Shown here: in pieces, positions 1 through 11,322 of the stretch | Numbering within the stretch: position 1 is the stretch's first letter | Layout: the number at the start of each line of letters is the position of its first letter | DNA from: Octopus bimaculoides | Taxonomy: Eukaryota | NCBI RefSeq assembly: GCF_001194135.2 | Contig: NC_068984.1 | Span: 143,097,724-143,134,511, forward strand | Direction: 5' to 3' | DNA: 36,788 bases | Translations under genes and position numbers: made by a program | Notes under the pieces: generated by a model | The model's input: only the letters and a program-made list of their open reading frames with translations | Told to the model about the DNA's origin: nothing | Database searches by the model: none

Positions 1-71
1 AGAAGAAGAAGAAGAAGAAGAAGAAGAAGAAGAAGAAGAAGAAGAAGAAGAAGAAGAAGAAGAAGAAGAAG
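1..71. repeat. (GAA)n microsatellite, runs off the window start
   Basis: Pure AGA/GAA triplet run. Confidence 0.98.
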
Positions 72-390
72 ATTACTATGAATATCATTGAATATGATGT
101 TTTAAAGTGTACAGTTGGGTGTTGATGGTTCGGCTGAAAATGATGAAGAGGAGGAAGCAAAAGCAGAAGTATGTCGGCATCATCGTCATCATTCTCATCA
201 CTGTGAGCAGCGACAGCAGCGGCGGCAGCGGCAGCAGCAGAAAAGTGATAATCATGTTGATGGTAGAGATGATGCTAAACGGCGGAAGAGAGAAACCGAT
301 TTTATCACCTCTTATTACAAGTTTTGCAGAATATATTACATAAAGTTGTCTTGGGAAATCAACAGTCTTTTCAATGCTAAAAGTGAAACT

Positions 391-407
391 AGGATAGTAG
401 TAGCAGC

Positions 408-448
<41 letters not shown>

Positions 449-583
449 GGGGAGGAGGAGGAGTCGACAAGAACAAGAAGAATGAAGAGGAGAGGAAGTG
501 GGGCGAGACAGATGACCCGTACTACTGGTAGTAATACCAACAATAATAATAATAATAATAACAATAATAATAATAATAATAAC

Positions 584-655
<72 letters not shown>

Positions 656-657
656 AA
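391..657. repeat. Compound trinucleotide array (TAG)n-(GGA)n ... (AAT)n-(GAT)n
   Basis: Directly visible; source of the poly-V/N/D/I ORFs at 85-817. Confidence 0.95.
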
Positions 658-1544
658 TCAGCACGATGGTGATAGAAGAGAAATGAAAATAGTCATCCCT
701 GGAAAATTGGTAAATGTTTGGGATTTAGGCAGAAGGCTAGCAATGTTGCAGAGAGGAAATTTAGTGGTTATGTACCAACTCTACACACGACATCTCTCAT
801 ATCAAATCTCTTCTTAAACAAATACATATCCGAGATCAAAAGGAAACAAACAATTGTGTGTGTGCGTATCCTCATATTGTACGCTCCAGAAGATAAACAA
901 CTAGAAACGCTTCTCCAAGGAGATCACGGATTGGTTCTAGAAATTAAATGCTCCTCGGATGGCCTTGAAAGGAAAAAAATAGCTATGGACGATAATGGCA
1001 TGATAGGTAAAAAAAAAAAAATGAGTTAAGACAAATTAACAAAAGACAAAAGAATTATTAGGAATCAATCGAGAATACAGTGACCAGCACACCCTACAAT
1101 TAGAGACAATTAACAGGCCTTACGCAAGTAAGCGCCTATTATGAAGTAGCCACAGTCGGACTAGGGAAATTTCTCTGAAAGAAGAATGAAAAATTTGTAC
1201 AATTGGTTCTAGAACAAAAACACAAACAAGAACGCACAAGACATTCTCTGCTTCATAGGAAAACAATAAATATGAAGTAGAGGTTGAAATTTCAGACCAA
1301 TTCACGCGAGCAATTGCAGTCGGTCTGAATCGACCTTTCAGCAGGTTCACTGAAGCGGAGCGATTCTTTCTCCATTCGCTTCGAGTGGAAGTTTAAGAAT
1401 TTGGTAAAAGCTTAACTGAAGCTAATTTCTGTTTGTTTCAATGTGGTCGCATATGAAATTTATGTAATAGCCACGAAAGATAGTAGGACAGCTACATCTT
1501 CAGAAGCTGAGAAGGAACGGAAAGAAACGGAGAGAACGAAGAAA

Positions 1545-1633
1545 CGGAAGAAGAAGAAGAAGAAGAAGAAGAAGAAGAAGAAGAAGAAGAAAAGGTGATG
1601 ATGATGATGACCATGATGATGATGATGATGACC

Positions 1634-1673
<40 letters not shown>

Positions 1674-1900
1674 CCATGATGATGATGACCATGATGATGA
1701 TGACCATGATGATGATGATGATTATAATGATGATGGTGTTGGTGGTCATGATGATAATGATGATGGTGATGATGATAAGGATGATGATTACGGTGATGAT
1801 GATGATGATGATGATGACGACGACCACGGGGGAGGTAATGACAATGATGTTGATGATGATGGTGATGATAATGATGCTGATGATGATGAAGATGGGGAAG
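1545..1900. repeat. Compound (GAA)n-(GAT/GAC/CAT)n array
   Basis: Directly visible; source of the poly-M/I ORFs. Confidence 0.95.
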
Positions 1901-2117
1901 ATGAAAAATACAAGAAAATGAGGATGAGTGAGACCAACAGGAAGCAGGAGACTATAAGTGCAGAGATGCTAAATAGTAATGCTATACAAACAACNNNNNN
2001 NNNNNNNNNNNNNNNNNNNNNNNNNNNAGAGCCGGTTACATTGAAGCTTGTAATGATGTAATTAATAATTGTCAGGTGGAGGAAGTATATATTATGTAAG
2101 AGCCACAATAACCTGTC

Positions 2118-2298
2118 GACGTTGTTGTTGTTGTTTATGATGATGATACTGGTGATGGTTATGGTGGTGGTGGTGGTGGTGGTGGTGGTGTTGTATGTTT
2201 GTGTGTGTGTGTCTGTGTTGATGGTGCTGGAAGAGGAATCCTAATCATGGTGATTATGCTGTTATTGTTGTTGTTGTTGTTGTTACTGTTATTGCTGA

Positions 2299-2332
<34 letters not shown>

Positions 2333-2594
2333 ATTATTATTATTATTGTTATCATTATGATTAATATTATTGTTTTTGTTATTGTCGTCGCCGTTGTTAT
2401 AATCATTATCATCATCATTAGTAGTAGTAGTATTCGATTATAAGTGTTTGTTATTATAGTGATAATAGTGGTCTGGTGGTATTTGCGATTATAACGACTA
2501 TGTTTATTGCGTTGGCGGTGATGAAGATGATGATGATGATGATGAAGATAGCGGCCACGATGACGACGACAAAGATGACTAAGAGGACAATGCT

Positions 2595-2630
<36 letters not shown>

Positions 2631-2645
2631 AATGATGATGATAGC

Positions 2646-2682
<37 letters not shown>

Positions 2683-2704
2683 GCGTTAATGATGATCACC
2701 ATTA
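2118..2704. repeat. Compound array (GTT)/(GGT)/(TG)/(ATT)/(GAT)/(CAT)/(AAT)
   Basis: Directly visible low-complexity mosaic. Confidence 0.93.
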
Positions 2705-3243
2705 TAATTCCCATCACAAACATATTCATGCAGGGCTTGGGTTCTCAGGAACGCCAGAAAAACGACATTACAATGGCGGTATATTTGAGGGGAGGGGCGG
2801 GGACGGTGGCGAGGAGCAAATGATTTCGTCGAAGTAGGAGTGGTAGGTAGAGGAGGTATTGGCTTGTTCACATTGGCAGGCAGTTGTCAGAGATGCTGAG
2901 AGATAAATCAAAATAAAGTAATATAAATGGAGACTGATTACGGGATACAAGATAAAATGTGCAAGGTTGAAATTAATTATAATTTTCGAGGTGGTAATAT
3001 TTTTTAGGCTTATGAAATTACGGTGGTGGGGAGAGTGTAACATGTGCCTAGGTGTATGCCTACTTACGCGTGTGTATGTTTGTGCATGGAGGTGTGCATG
3101 TGTACAACTGTGTGTATGTCTATATTGCACTTGGACCACAGTAATTAGATAAAGCGACAACATAGCACGTAATATATATATATATATATATAATATATAT
3201 ATATAATATATATACAGATAATACATATATACACACATATATG

Positions 3244-3287
<44 letters not shown>

Positions 3288-3330
3288 TATTTTAAAATTT
3301 AAGGAATGGAGAAAACGCATGTTATAATTG

Positions 3331-3429
3331 CATACTTTATTCCTACATATGTTTCAAAGGATTACAACCTATGTGATCCATAGGGATCTGTGATATTAAA
3401 ATTGTAACCTTCTCTTCAGGGAATGCATG
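3331..3429 (-). ncRNA. Type I hammerhead ribozyme-like motif, near-canonical (HHR-1)
   Basis: Minus strand: catgc-attcc CTGAAGA gaaggttacaa..ttgtaatccttt GAA ACATATGT A ggaat-aaa-gtatg. Helix I 5+5 bp with a 3-nt bulge, 11-bp helix II stem, palindromic helix III, GUA triplet. Confidence 0.8.
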
Positions 3430-3612
3430 GGAATCATCTTAAACGTAAGACATTATGACCGAGTATGAAAACAATAGATGGATAAGGCTATGACGTGATT
3501 CATTTGAAAAAAAAACATATATATATATATATACTGAATTACCAGTGACCCGTTGGGTTACCGGGAAACTCAGAGTTTCCAGCGACAGTGTTTTGCTTCG
3601 TGGGTTGCAAAG

Positions 3613-3723
3613 ATTTAGCTGCCATTTCTTGCCTGCCCTGCTACCATGTAACAGGTATTTCGCGTCCTTCATCGCAAAGAGCTGTTACGTGGTAGCAGGG
3701 TGTGCTAGAAATAGCAGCTAAAT
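3613..3723. repeat. Inverted repeat/hairpin, 42-bp arms, 27-nt loop
   Basis: 3613-3654 atttagctgccatttcttgcctgccctgctaccatgtaacag vs reverse complement of 3682-3723: 36/42 identical by eye. Confidence 0.9.
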
Positions 3724-4369
3724 TCTTAGAGGAGAGATACGTTGAATGCACTCGAAAAACAAACTATTTCATACTGGGGTTACGAATGGGTCTTTTACGA
3801 AATATCTACCGTATTTTGAAAGTCATTTGCAATGTAGAATGATTTTTAGATATGCTAAAAAAATTGTTTGTAGTGGTATTCTCTTGAAAATAATTTTAAA
3901 AAGCATTAAAATATTGTCCGTTTGAAGAAAGCTAAAATACACATACTGTACAAATAGCTCACGCTTTTGAAATCACATTCATTTAAGAATATTTGCAAAT
4001 GATTAAAATATTATGTTTAACGAAAGCGAAAATAGAAATTGTAAAAAAAAACTTTTTTTTTTTTTCGTTGTCAACTTTTTGTCTAATAGAAAAATAAGAG
4101 TTTCTTCCCTTCAGGATATTAAGATTATTTTCGGAACATTTTCCCATTACGCACCGTATTGTGTATTTATACCCTGAACATTTCTATATTTAAAACTACT
4201 TCACTGAATTACGGGAAACTTGTTTCATTCGATTCGTATTAACATTTTGGGGTAGACTTAATTCATGATATTTTCCTATTATGCGCCTGTTTCGCTGATT
4301 AACATTACACGCAAGCAAGCAAGATTGAAACTGACTTTAATGTATTATATATTAGAAGGAGTGGCTATA

Positions 4370-4731
4370 GGCGTAGGAGTAGCTGTGTGATAAGAAGCTT
4401 GCTTACCAACCACATGCTTCCGGGATCGGTCCCGCTGCGTGGCACCTCGTGTAAGTGTTTTCTGTTATAGCCTAGAGCTGACCAAAGCCTTGTGAGTGGA
4501 TTTGGTAGACGGAAACTGAAAGAGGCCCGTCATATATATATGTGTATGTGTGTGCATATTTTTGTGTGTGTATGTTTGTCCCCCCACCATCGCTTGTCAA
4601 CCAACGTTGGTGTGTTTACGCCCCCATAACCTTGCGTTTCGGCAAAACAGGCCGATAGAATAAGTACTAGGATTACAAAGAATATGTCGTCCTGGGGTCA
4701 ATTGTTTCAAATGACTGAAAGAAATAAAAGA
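4370..4731 (+). mobile_element. tRNA-derived SINE, family A, near full length with a 3' internal deletion
   Basis: A-box-like tagctgtgtgat, B-box-like gggatcggtccc, central TA/TG microsatellite; homologous to copies at 4775-5270 and 20056-20463. Confidence 0.9.
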
Positions 4732-4774
4732 TCAAATTAAAGCAACAAATATATAGATACACACATACATATAT

Positions 4775-5270
4775 TCTTTTATTTGTTACAGTTATCTGAC
4801 TGCGGCCATGCTGGGGCACCGCCTGTAGTCGAGCAAATTGACGCCAGGACTTATTCTTTGTAAGCTTACTGCTTATGCTATCGTTCTCTTTGGCCGAACC
4901 GCTAAGTTACGCGGATGTAGACACGCCACTATCAAGCGATAGTAGACACGACACTATCAAGCGATAGTGGGAGACACACACTGACACACAAACACACACA
5001 CATATATACATATATACATATATGTGTATATATACGACGAGCTTCTTTCAGTTTCACTCTACCAAATGCACTCACAAGGCTTTGGTTGGCCCGAGGGCAT
5101 AGTAGAAGACACTTGCTTAAGGTGCCACGTAGTGGGACTGAACCCAGTACCATGTGGTTGGCCCGAGAGCATAGTAGAAGACACTTGCTTAAGGTGCCAC
5201 GTAGTGGGACTGAACCCAGTACCATGTGGTTGGTAAGCAAGCTACTTGCCATGCAGTCACTCCTGCGCCT
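4775..5270 (-). mobile_element. tRNA-derived SINE, family A, full length with internal 72-bp and 25-bp tandem duplications
   Basis: Reverse complement matches 4370-4731; duplications 5083-5154/5155-5226 and 4918-4942/4943-4967. Confidence 0.92.
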
Positions 5271-5412
5271 GTATATGTGTATGTATGCGTATATATAAAT
5301 GAATATAATAGTTAATGCATGTATATCTATATACCAAACATCACTCATAGACGAACAGTTGATACGTGTATATAAGTATACAGATAAGTTACATAAATAA
5401 ATATGATTATGT

Positions 5413-5413
5413 G

Positions 5414-5477
<64 letters not shown>

Positions 5478-5521
5478 CGATGAATGGATGGATGGATGGA
5501 TGGATGGATGGATGGATGGAT
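5413..5521. repeat. (GATA)n followed by (GGAT)n tetranucleotide array
   Basis: Directly visible. Confidence 0.97.
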
Positions 5522-6111
5522 AAGATTCTTATTCCAGTATCTGGCTACGAGTTTCCCATGGGCAGAACGCCTCAACCGTATTTTACTCATTTTCCTTTGA
5601 AGACTACTGAGAGTAAAAACCGGTTGGTATGCAATATTAAAAAATTGATACAACTTATAGATTAAAATTGCTTTATTGTATATTTGAGCTATACAAATAC
5701 CAGCAAGACCTTAATCGTATTACATACTTGCATATATATATATAGAGAGAGAAAGAGATAGGAGTCAAATATCAAACATAAGAACAGATCAAAGATCCAT
5801 GTTTACCTGGCTCTCTTTTTCATCCTTTTCGTCTTCCCATTCTAGTTTTTCTGGGACTTTTCTCTACTCCCCAAAGAATAACTGTTTCCGATTCATAACA
5901 TATTTTTACTCTCTTAATTCTTCTTTGAGCGTTGAATAAATAATATTAACGGTCAGCATTTCATCTGCTTTTACTCTCCTTTGATTTTTGTCATTGATAT
6001 TAACAATTTAGGTATTTTTGTAAGTACATGTGTGTGTGGGTGTATATATTCGTTTATTCGTCTTGGCGTCGGTGGGAATGTGTGCATATCTAAGTTTATG
6101 CTACCCACCAC

Positions 6112-6268
6112 TTCATTTGACAACTGATATGGGTTTGCTAACACCCTTGCAACATGGCGGCTTGGTAAACGTTCGATAATCCGGTCGATAATCTGGCTCG
6201 ACTAGACCTTCAAGTTGGTACTCCAATACGGCCGCTGCCCCTCCTCGTCTGAAACGATTAAAAGAGTC
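6112..6268 (+). mobile_element. Degenerate 3' half of SINE family A
   Basis: ttgacaactgat...ctcgactagacc..ggtactccaatacggccgc..ctgaaacgattaaaagag resembles the family A 3' end. Confidence 0.65.
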
Positions 6269-7479
6269 TCGCTGTATGAATAGGCTCTCAGTGCTTTTGA
6301 AGAAGCCCATTTTGATTAATAAGTCACAAGTTAGATATTGAAATAAGACAAGGGTGCCAACCTTTTAATGTAACAGACTTACTTTTCTGTATTTTACAGA
6401 GAACATTTTGTACCATGAATGACCAAGTTAATGACGAATTGGTCAACTTTTGGAAAACCAGTACATTGGGTTCTTTTATCAATAATGTTTTCAAAAACAT
6501 GTTACAATTATCTTAAGATCTGAGGTTTTACTTTTAAAGATCCGCTGGCCTCTATCCGATGAGTGATGAATAGCTCTAGGAAGAACGTGAATCTATCACA
6601 AGTAAATGTTTTCAGATATTCTGGCACGTATTCTTGGCAGCTAGGCAAACCAAGCAATACAGAATGAACCATGCCGTTTAAATTAGCAACAAATGCGATT
6701 TTAATAGATTTAGATTTTACACCGTCCACGAGAAAGATTAATAAGCACAACGCTATGGTCGTGGCCTAAATACCTAACTTTTGGTGTTTTAGATGGTGGA
6801 ATATTAAAATTAAAGATCTCAGAGAAACGCCATTCTTTGCTCGAGGCAGTTAGTGATTGTGAAATATAGCTTTAATAACTGTCAGCTATTTTATTCCTTT
6901 GCATCACTGAACGTCAATTTCTTCCTCTTAATCAAATTATCTCCAAACCAATGAAGAGATGTGCATTTAAAACTTTCAGTCGGCTTAACCTTCAGAATAT
7001 CGCACTATCCCCCCACCACCAATGATGCCAAACGCTATATGCGCGCTCACACACACGCAGACATACACAGATATATACACATATGTACACACACACACAT
7101 ACACACACACACACACGCACACTTACAATCTTTACCAAACATGCTATTATGAATGAGATACATTCGCCTTAGAGAATTATTTCTCATAACCATGTAGAGC
7201 ATATATATATATCGATAACCAAAAGCCACAGACGGTGCCTGTATGAAATTATATCACCTGTATGAAGTCATGGCAGCTAAATCTCTCCGAAACCATATCC
7301 ACCATCTTAAATCTGGAAAGACATATTGGATGATTATATTCCTGATTACCTTGAGGCGGGATGGTGAAGGGTGGCGTATATTTGATCTTAAGTCCACATT
7401 ATAAGTTTTGAGCCATGGCTAGATAACGGCAGCAATAACTACACGAAAAACATCTGAGAAACAGTAAAAGACTCCTATA

Positions 7480-7688
7480 CAGTAATCCCTCGACTATTGC
7501 GGTTGTTACGTTCCAAAACCCCGCGAAATGTGTGAAAATCCGCAAAGTAGAAACAGTACTGTACTGTATATCTTTTTTTATTAGTATCTTCATAATTTGT
7601 ATATATTTATTTTATTATAAATGCAAAGCAAAACCACGGAAGAATGGACGTAAGCTTAAATAATAAACCACGATATGGCAAGGCATTA

Positions 7689-7691
<3 letters not shown>
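7480..7691. mobile_element. Tigger/pogo-like (Tc1/mariner superfamily) MITE
   Basis: TA-cagtaatccctcg left end; caaggcattactg-TA right end (imperfect TIR); TA flanks. Confidence 0.7.
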
Positions 7692-7723
<32 letters not shown>

Positions 7724-7726
<3 letters not shown>

Positions 7727-7860
7727 TAATCCCTCGACTGTCATGGGTGTTACGTTCTTAAACCTCCCACGATAGGTGAAAGTCCGCGAAGTAGAAACAG
7801 TACTGTAGTGTATACAGTTTTTTCTTTGTTATTTTTACAATTTGTATATGTCTATTTTGT
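7724..7860 (+). mobile_element. Second, partial copy of the same Tigger-like MITE
   Basis: cagtaatccctcgact..gttacgttc..aagtagaaacagtactgta matches 7480-7570; right end not visible. Confidence 0.7.
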
Positions 7861-7933
7861 GACAGTAATGTAATGTATATAGTCTTTTCTTTTCTTTTGT
7901 GATTTTATAATTTTTATATGTCTATTTTGTGAA

Positions 7934-8266
7934 GGCGCATGGCTCAGTGGTTATAGCGTCGGTCTTACGACCGTGAGGTTGTGAGGTTCGAATTCAGGAC
8001 CAGACTGCGTGTTGTGTTCTTGAGCAAGACACTTTATTTCACGTTGCTCCAGTTCACTCAGCTGTAGAAATGAGTTGCGACATCACTGGTGCCAAGCTGT
8101 ATCGTCCTCTTTGCCTTTCCCTTGGATAACATCGGTGGCGTAGAGAGGGGAGGCTGGTATGCCTGGGTGACTGCTGGTCTTCCATAAACAACCTTGCTCG
8201 GACTTGTTCCTTGGAGAGTAAATTTCTAGGTGCAATCCCATGGTCATTCGTGACCGAAGGGGGTCT
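7934..8266 (+). mobile_element. tRNA-derived SINE, family C (CORE-like central domain)
   Basis: A-box tggctcagtgg, B-box ggttcgaattc, then cttgagcaagacactttatttcacgttgctccagttcactcagctg shared with 10334-10637. Confidence 0.88.
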
Positions 8267-8340
8267 TCCATATGTATGTATATATATATATATNNNNNNN
8301 NNNNNNNNNNNNNNNNNNNNNNNNNNNNNATATATATACG

Positions 8341-8495
8341 GCAGTTTCTATCTAACAAATTAACTCAGAAGGCTCTGGTTGGCCTGAGGCTATGGTAGAA
8401 AACACTTGCCCAAGGTACCACGCAGTGGAACTGAACCCGGAACCATGTGATTGGGAAGCAAGCAAGCATCTTACCACACAGCCATGCCTGCACCT
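8341..8495 (-). mobile_element. 5' portion of SINE family A
   Basis: acacttgcccaaggtaccacgcagtggaactgaacccggaaccatgtg..cttaccacacagcc matches the family A head. Confidence 0.88.
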
Positions 8496-9858
8496 ATATA
8501 TGTATGTGTGTGTGTGTGTGTGTCTATGTGTGCGCGCGTGTGTGTGTGTGTATATCTTATTTAATAAACACAATATATGTTTTTATGTGCTACTATTAGT
8601 TTTGTGTGCTGAGAACATACGAAAACAGTGTCTTATAACACATTTGGCACGCTCTCAGCACATGAAACTAATAGTACCACATAAAAACATATATTGTGCT
8701 TATTAAATAGTATGTGTCTCTCTCCAGATGGAATAGATTTCTAGTTGATCTTACCATCATGAAGTAGTACATTATATGTGTGTGCCTGTGTGTGTATATT
8801 TGTCTGCCTGTGTACGTGTGTGTATGTGTGTACATATAAGTGTAGTGCATATGAGCGTATGTGGGTGCGTGTGTCGTTTTTGTTATTTGAAATCTCTTTG
8901 AGGTAAAAATTGTCCTATATTATTAAGCAGAATAAATAACGTGAGGATAGCAGTGTACATATTGTCATAATGGATAGATTCTATTATGAATACAGCTAAG
9001 TTATCTCAGAAACGGGTAATTATTTTATAGAGGGGGCTGTCGATATGAGAGTATTGTAGATAAACATATATATTATACCAAAGCAGTTTGGAAGTTCTTT
9101 AAAGAATGGATAAATATTTTAAATGGGAAGCGAACGTTTCGTTATAAAATTTATTAGCTATCATACGTGAATTCATTGAAGGTGTATACGAAACAGGAAT
9201 GAAAAACAAACATTTGTTTAAAGAAAGAACGCGAAAGATATTTATTTACCTCATATAAAGAATGTTTGGTAAATATTTTTGAAACACATTGCATTAAAAA
9301 AATAAAGAAACGGCATTAATTATTGGGGAAAGAACATCAAATACAATATTCATAAATAAAAAAAAGTCAATGGTTTGTATTTAAATGGCGACCAACTAAA
9401 ATACTAAAATTAATATCCGCTAAGTAAAAGGAATAATTATTATTTGAAAATATTTTCATATTATCTTTCAATTTTCTTACATTTCCTTCAACACAATCGC
9501 AACGTTCTTTGATACAACATTTTCCAAACACTTATCCACTATCTGTTTCTTATAAAATGGTTTTATGTATGTGAGTTTGTGTCTAAACGTGTCTGTCTGT
9601 GAGTGTGTATATTTTGTTTTCTCAAACGTGTGCTCAGCGTGTTATTCCATGAATAATCTGCCATGAAACGCAGCTGTTTTGATAAACATCCTACTTCGTT
9701 CATGACGCAATACCATTAGTTTTAAGTGTAAATTAATTACAATGGAACGAGAGAGAGAAAAAAATAAGACAGAATTCGGTTTTGAGATTAGATTACTGGG
9801 TTTTTTTGCTGGCGGGCAAGGAAAATAAATATGCTGTTTAAACACTTCATATACACAG

Positions 9859-9943
<85 letters not shown>

Positions 9944-10184
9944 TGTATGTATTATGTATGTATATATGAGCATGTGCTGTGCTACATTTCCCATTCTTTA
10001 AGGAGAGGATATCAAAAATAAACATGGTGTATCATATATAACGAGTTCTATTTCTTTTCTCTTGAAGAGTTGTAGAAAGATGGTTTTGATATCAATTGAA
10101 TATACTTATGTTTTTTTTTCTCAGTTGGCAAGACAGAACGAGTAATAAATCGATTAGAATAAATGTGTTACTGGATTTTCGTGC

Positions 10185-10216
<32 letters not shown>

Positions 10217-10333
10217 TTGTATTCCGGGTTCAATTCCGTAGCTGATCATTGTTGCCTGATCAGATTTTTTTATTTTTATATTTATCAACCAAAACACTGT
10301 CATAATCATGCACCTATCCCCTACAGGAGTGAA

Positions 10334-10637
10334 GGTGCGTAGCGTAGTGGTTAGTATACATAGCAGCTGACGATTGCATGGTCGTGAGTTCAGTTCCCGA
10401 CTCGGCGTTGCGTCCTTGAGAGGGGCACTTTATTTCACGTTGCATCAGTTCACTCAGCTGACAAAATCTGAATTACACTTGCAGTTCGAAAGGGGCCAAC
10501 CATGTCTCATTCTGTGTCACATTGAATCTCACTGAGAAATACGTTAAGAGCACACGTGTCTGAGGTGTGCTCAGCCACTTGCATGTTAATTTCATGAGCA
10601 GACCTGGTTACTCATCCTCGTAACCGACGAAATGCCA
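10334..10637 (+). mobile_element. tRNA-derived SINE, family D (CORE-like centre, distinct 3' tail)
   Basis: A-box tagcgtagtgg, B-box agttcagttccc, CORE-like block; tail gtgctcagccacttgcatgttaattt..cctcgtaaccgacg shared with 22418-22719. Confidence 0.85.
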
Positions 10638-10743
10638 GTTAGTCTCTACAAGCTGTCGCCTGTGTGTAGTGAAGAGAACTGCATAGAAGACTGAGTTTCT
10701 CTAATGATAAGTTGATATTAGTTTCTAGAATTGATTCTAAATA

Positions 10744-11322
10744 CACAGAGATGCAGGAAGTAAATAGACACCTTTAATATTCAAGATTTTTTATCTAAGC
10801 GTTTTAATATGTTTTCAGCGGAGTAGAATTTACAATGTAAGTATTCTTTTTCATTCCGGGTGCCATTATATTAAACATTTGTGAAGAGTAACCATGCCAC
10901 GCACAAAAATTTCAGCACAACTGTCAGATTTTCAAAGAGGTCGTATTGTTGGGCAATCTGAGGCTGGTCTTAGCCAACGAAAAATTGCCGAAAATCTTCA
11001 AATTCCTCTTGCTATTGTTAATAGAATTATAGTGCGATTCAAAAGCCATGGAAAAGAATCAACAGATTCTCGTCCCGGCTGACCTGGGCCCTCGGAAAGG
11101 AAGCTTCGCTGTTTGAAAAGAATTGTGGAAAACGAACCCCATTCGAAGGCTTCTGACATTGCAAAACAGCTAGAAGTTAGTCCAAGAACGTGTGTTACAT
11201 ATCTGCATAAGCTTGGGTATTATGGACGAGCAGCTAGAAAAAAAACCTCTCCTTCAACCAATTAATATCAAATAAAAGATTTCGTAAATTAAAGGTGTCT
11301 ATTTGCTTCCTGCATGTCTGTG
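10744..11322 (+). mobile_element. Internally deleted Tc1-like DNA transposon
   Basis: 35-bp TIRs 10744-10778 and 11288-11322 (33/35 match), TA on both sides (10742-43, 11323-24), transposase 5' part inside. Confidence 0.95.
10894..11270 (+). pseudogene. Tc1-family transposase N-terminal DNA-binding region (two HTH segments); DDE domain absent
   Basis: [96 protein letters not shown], then +1 A frameshift, PLLQPINIK. ARKKPLL is a Tc1 hallmark. Confidence 0.9.

Noticed and set aside
115-168. Possible 54-nt exon LGVDGSAENDEEEEAKAE (tacAG ... GTATGT) within ORF 115-531
   Set aside because: Embedded in low-complexity triplet mosaics, weak acceptor tract and no recognisable protein; cannot be supported
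1352-1387. Imperfect hairpin cactgaagcg...cgcttcgagtg containing CTGAAG
   Set aside because: No GAAA-helix III half; stem is short
5083-5226. CRISPR-like direct repeats
   Set aside because: Adjacent tandem duplication with no spacers, inside a eukaryotic SINE
4932-5348. ORFs with an internally repeated peptide (NHMVLGSVPLRGTLSKCLLL x2)
   Set aside because: Spurious frames of SINE family A with its 72-bp duplication
5540-5628. GAAAC-TC-GTA on the minus strand plus a 14-bp imperfect hairpin (5574-5628)
   Set aside because: No CUGANGA core or convincing helix I; treated as a chance hairpin
6508-6750. 80-aa non-repetitive minus-strand ORF
   Set aside because: No recognisable motif or splice context; length is expected by chance
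9660-9710. AAACAGCTGC resembling the ACAGCTGT helix III
   Set aside because: Core, G12 and U16.1 are all missing; too degenerate
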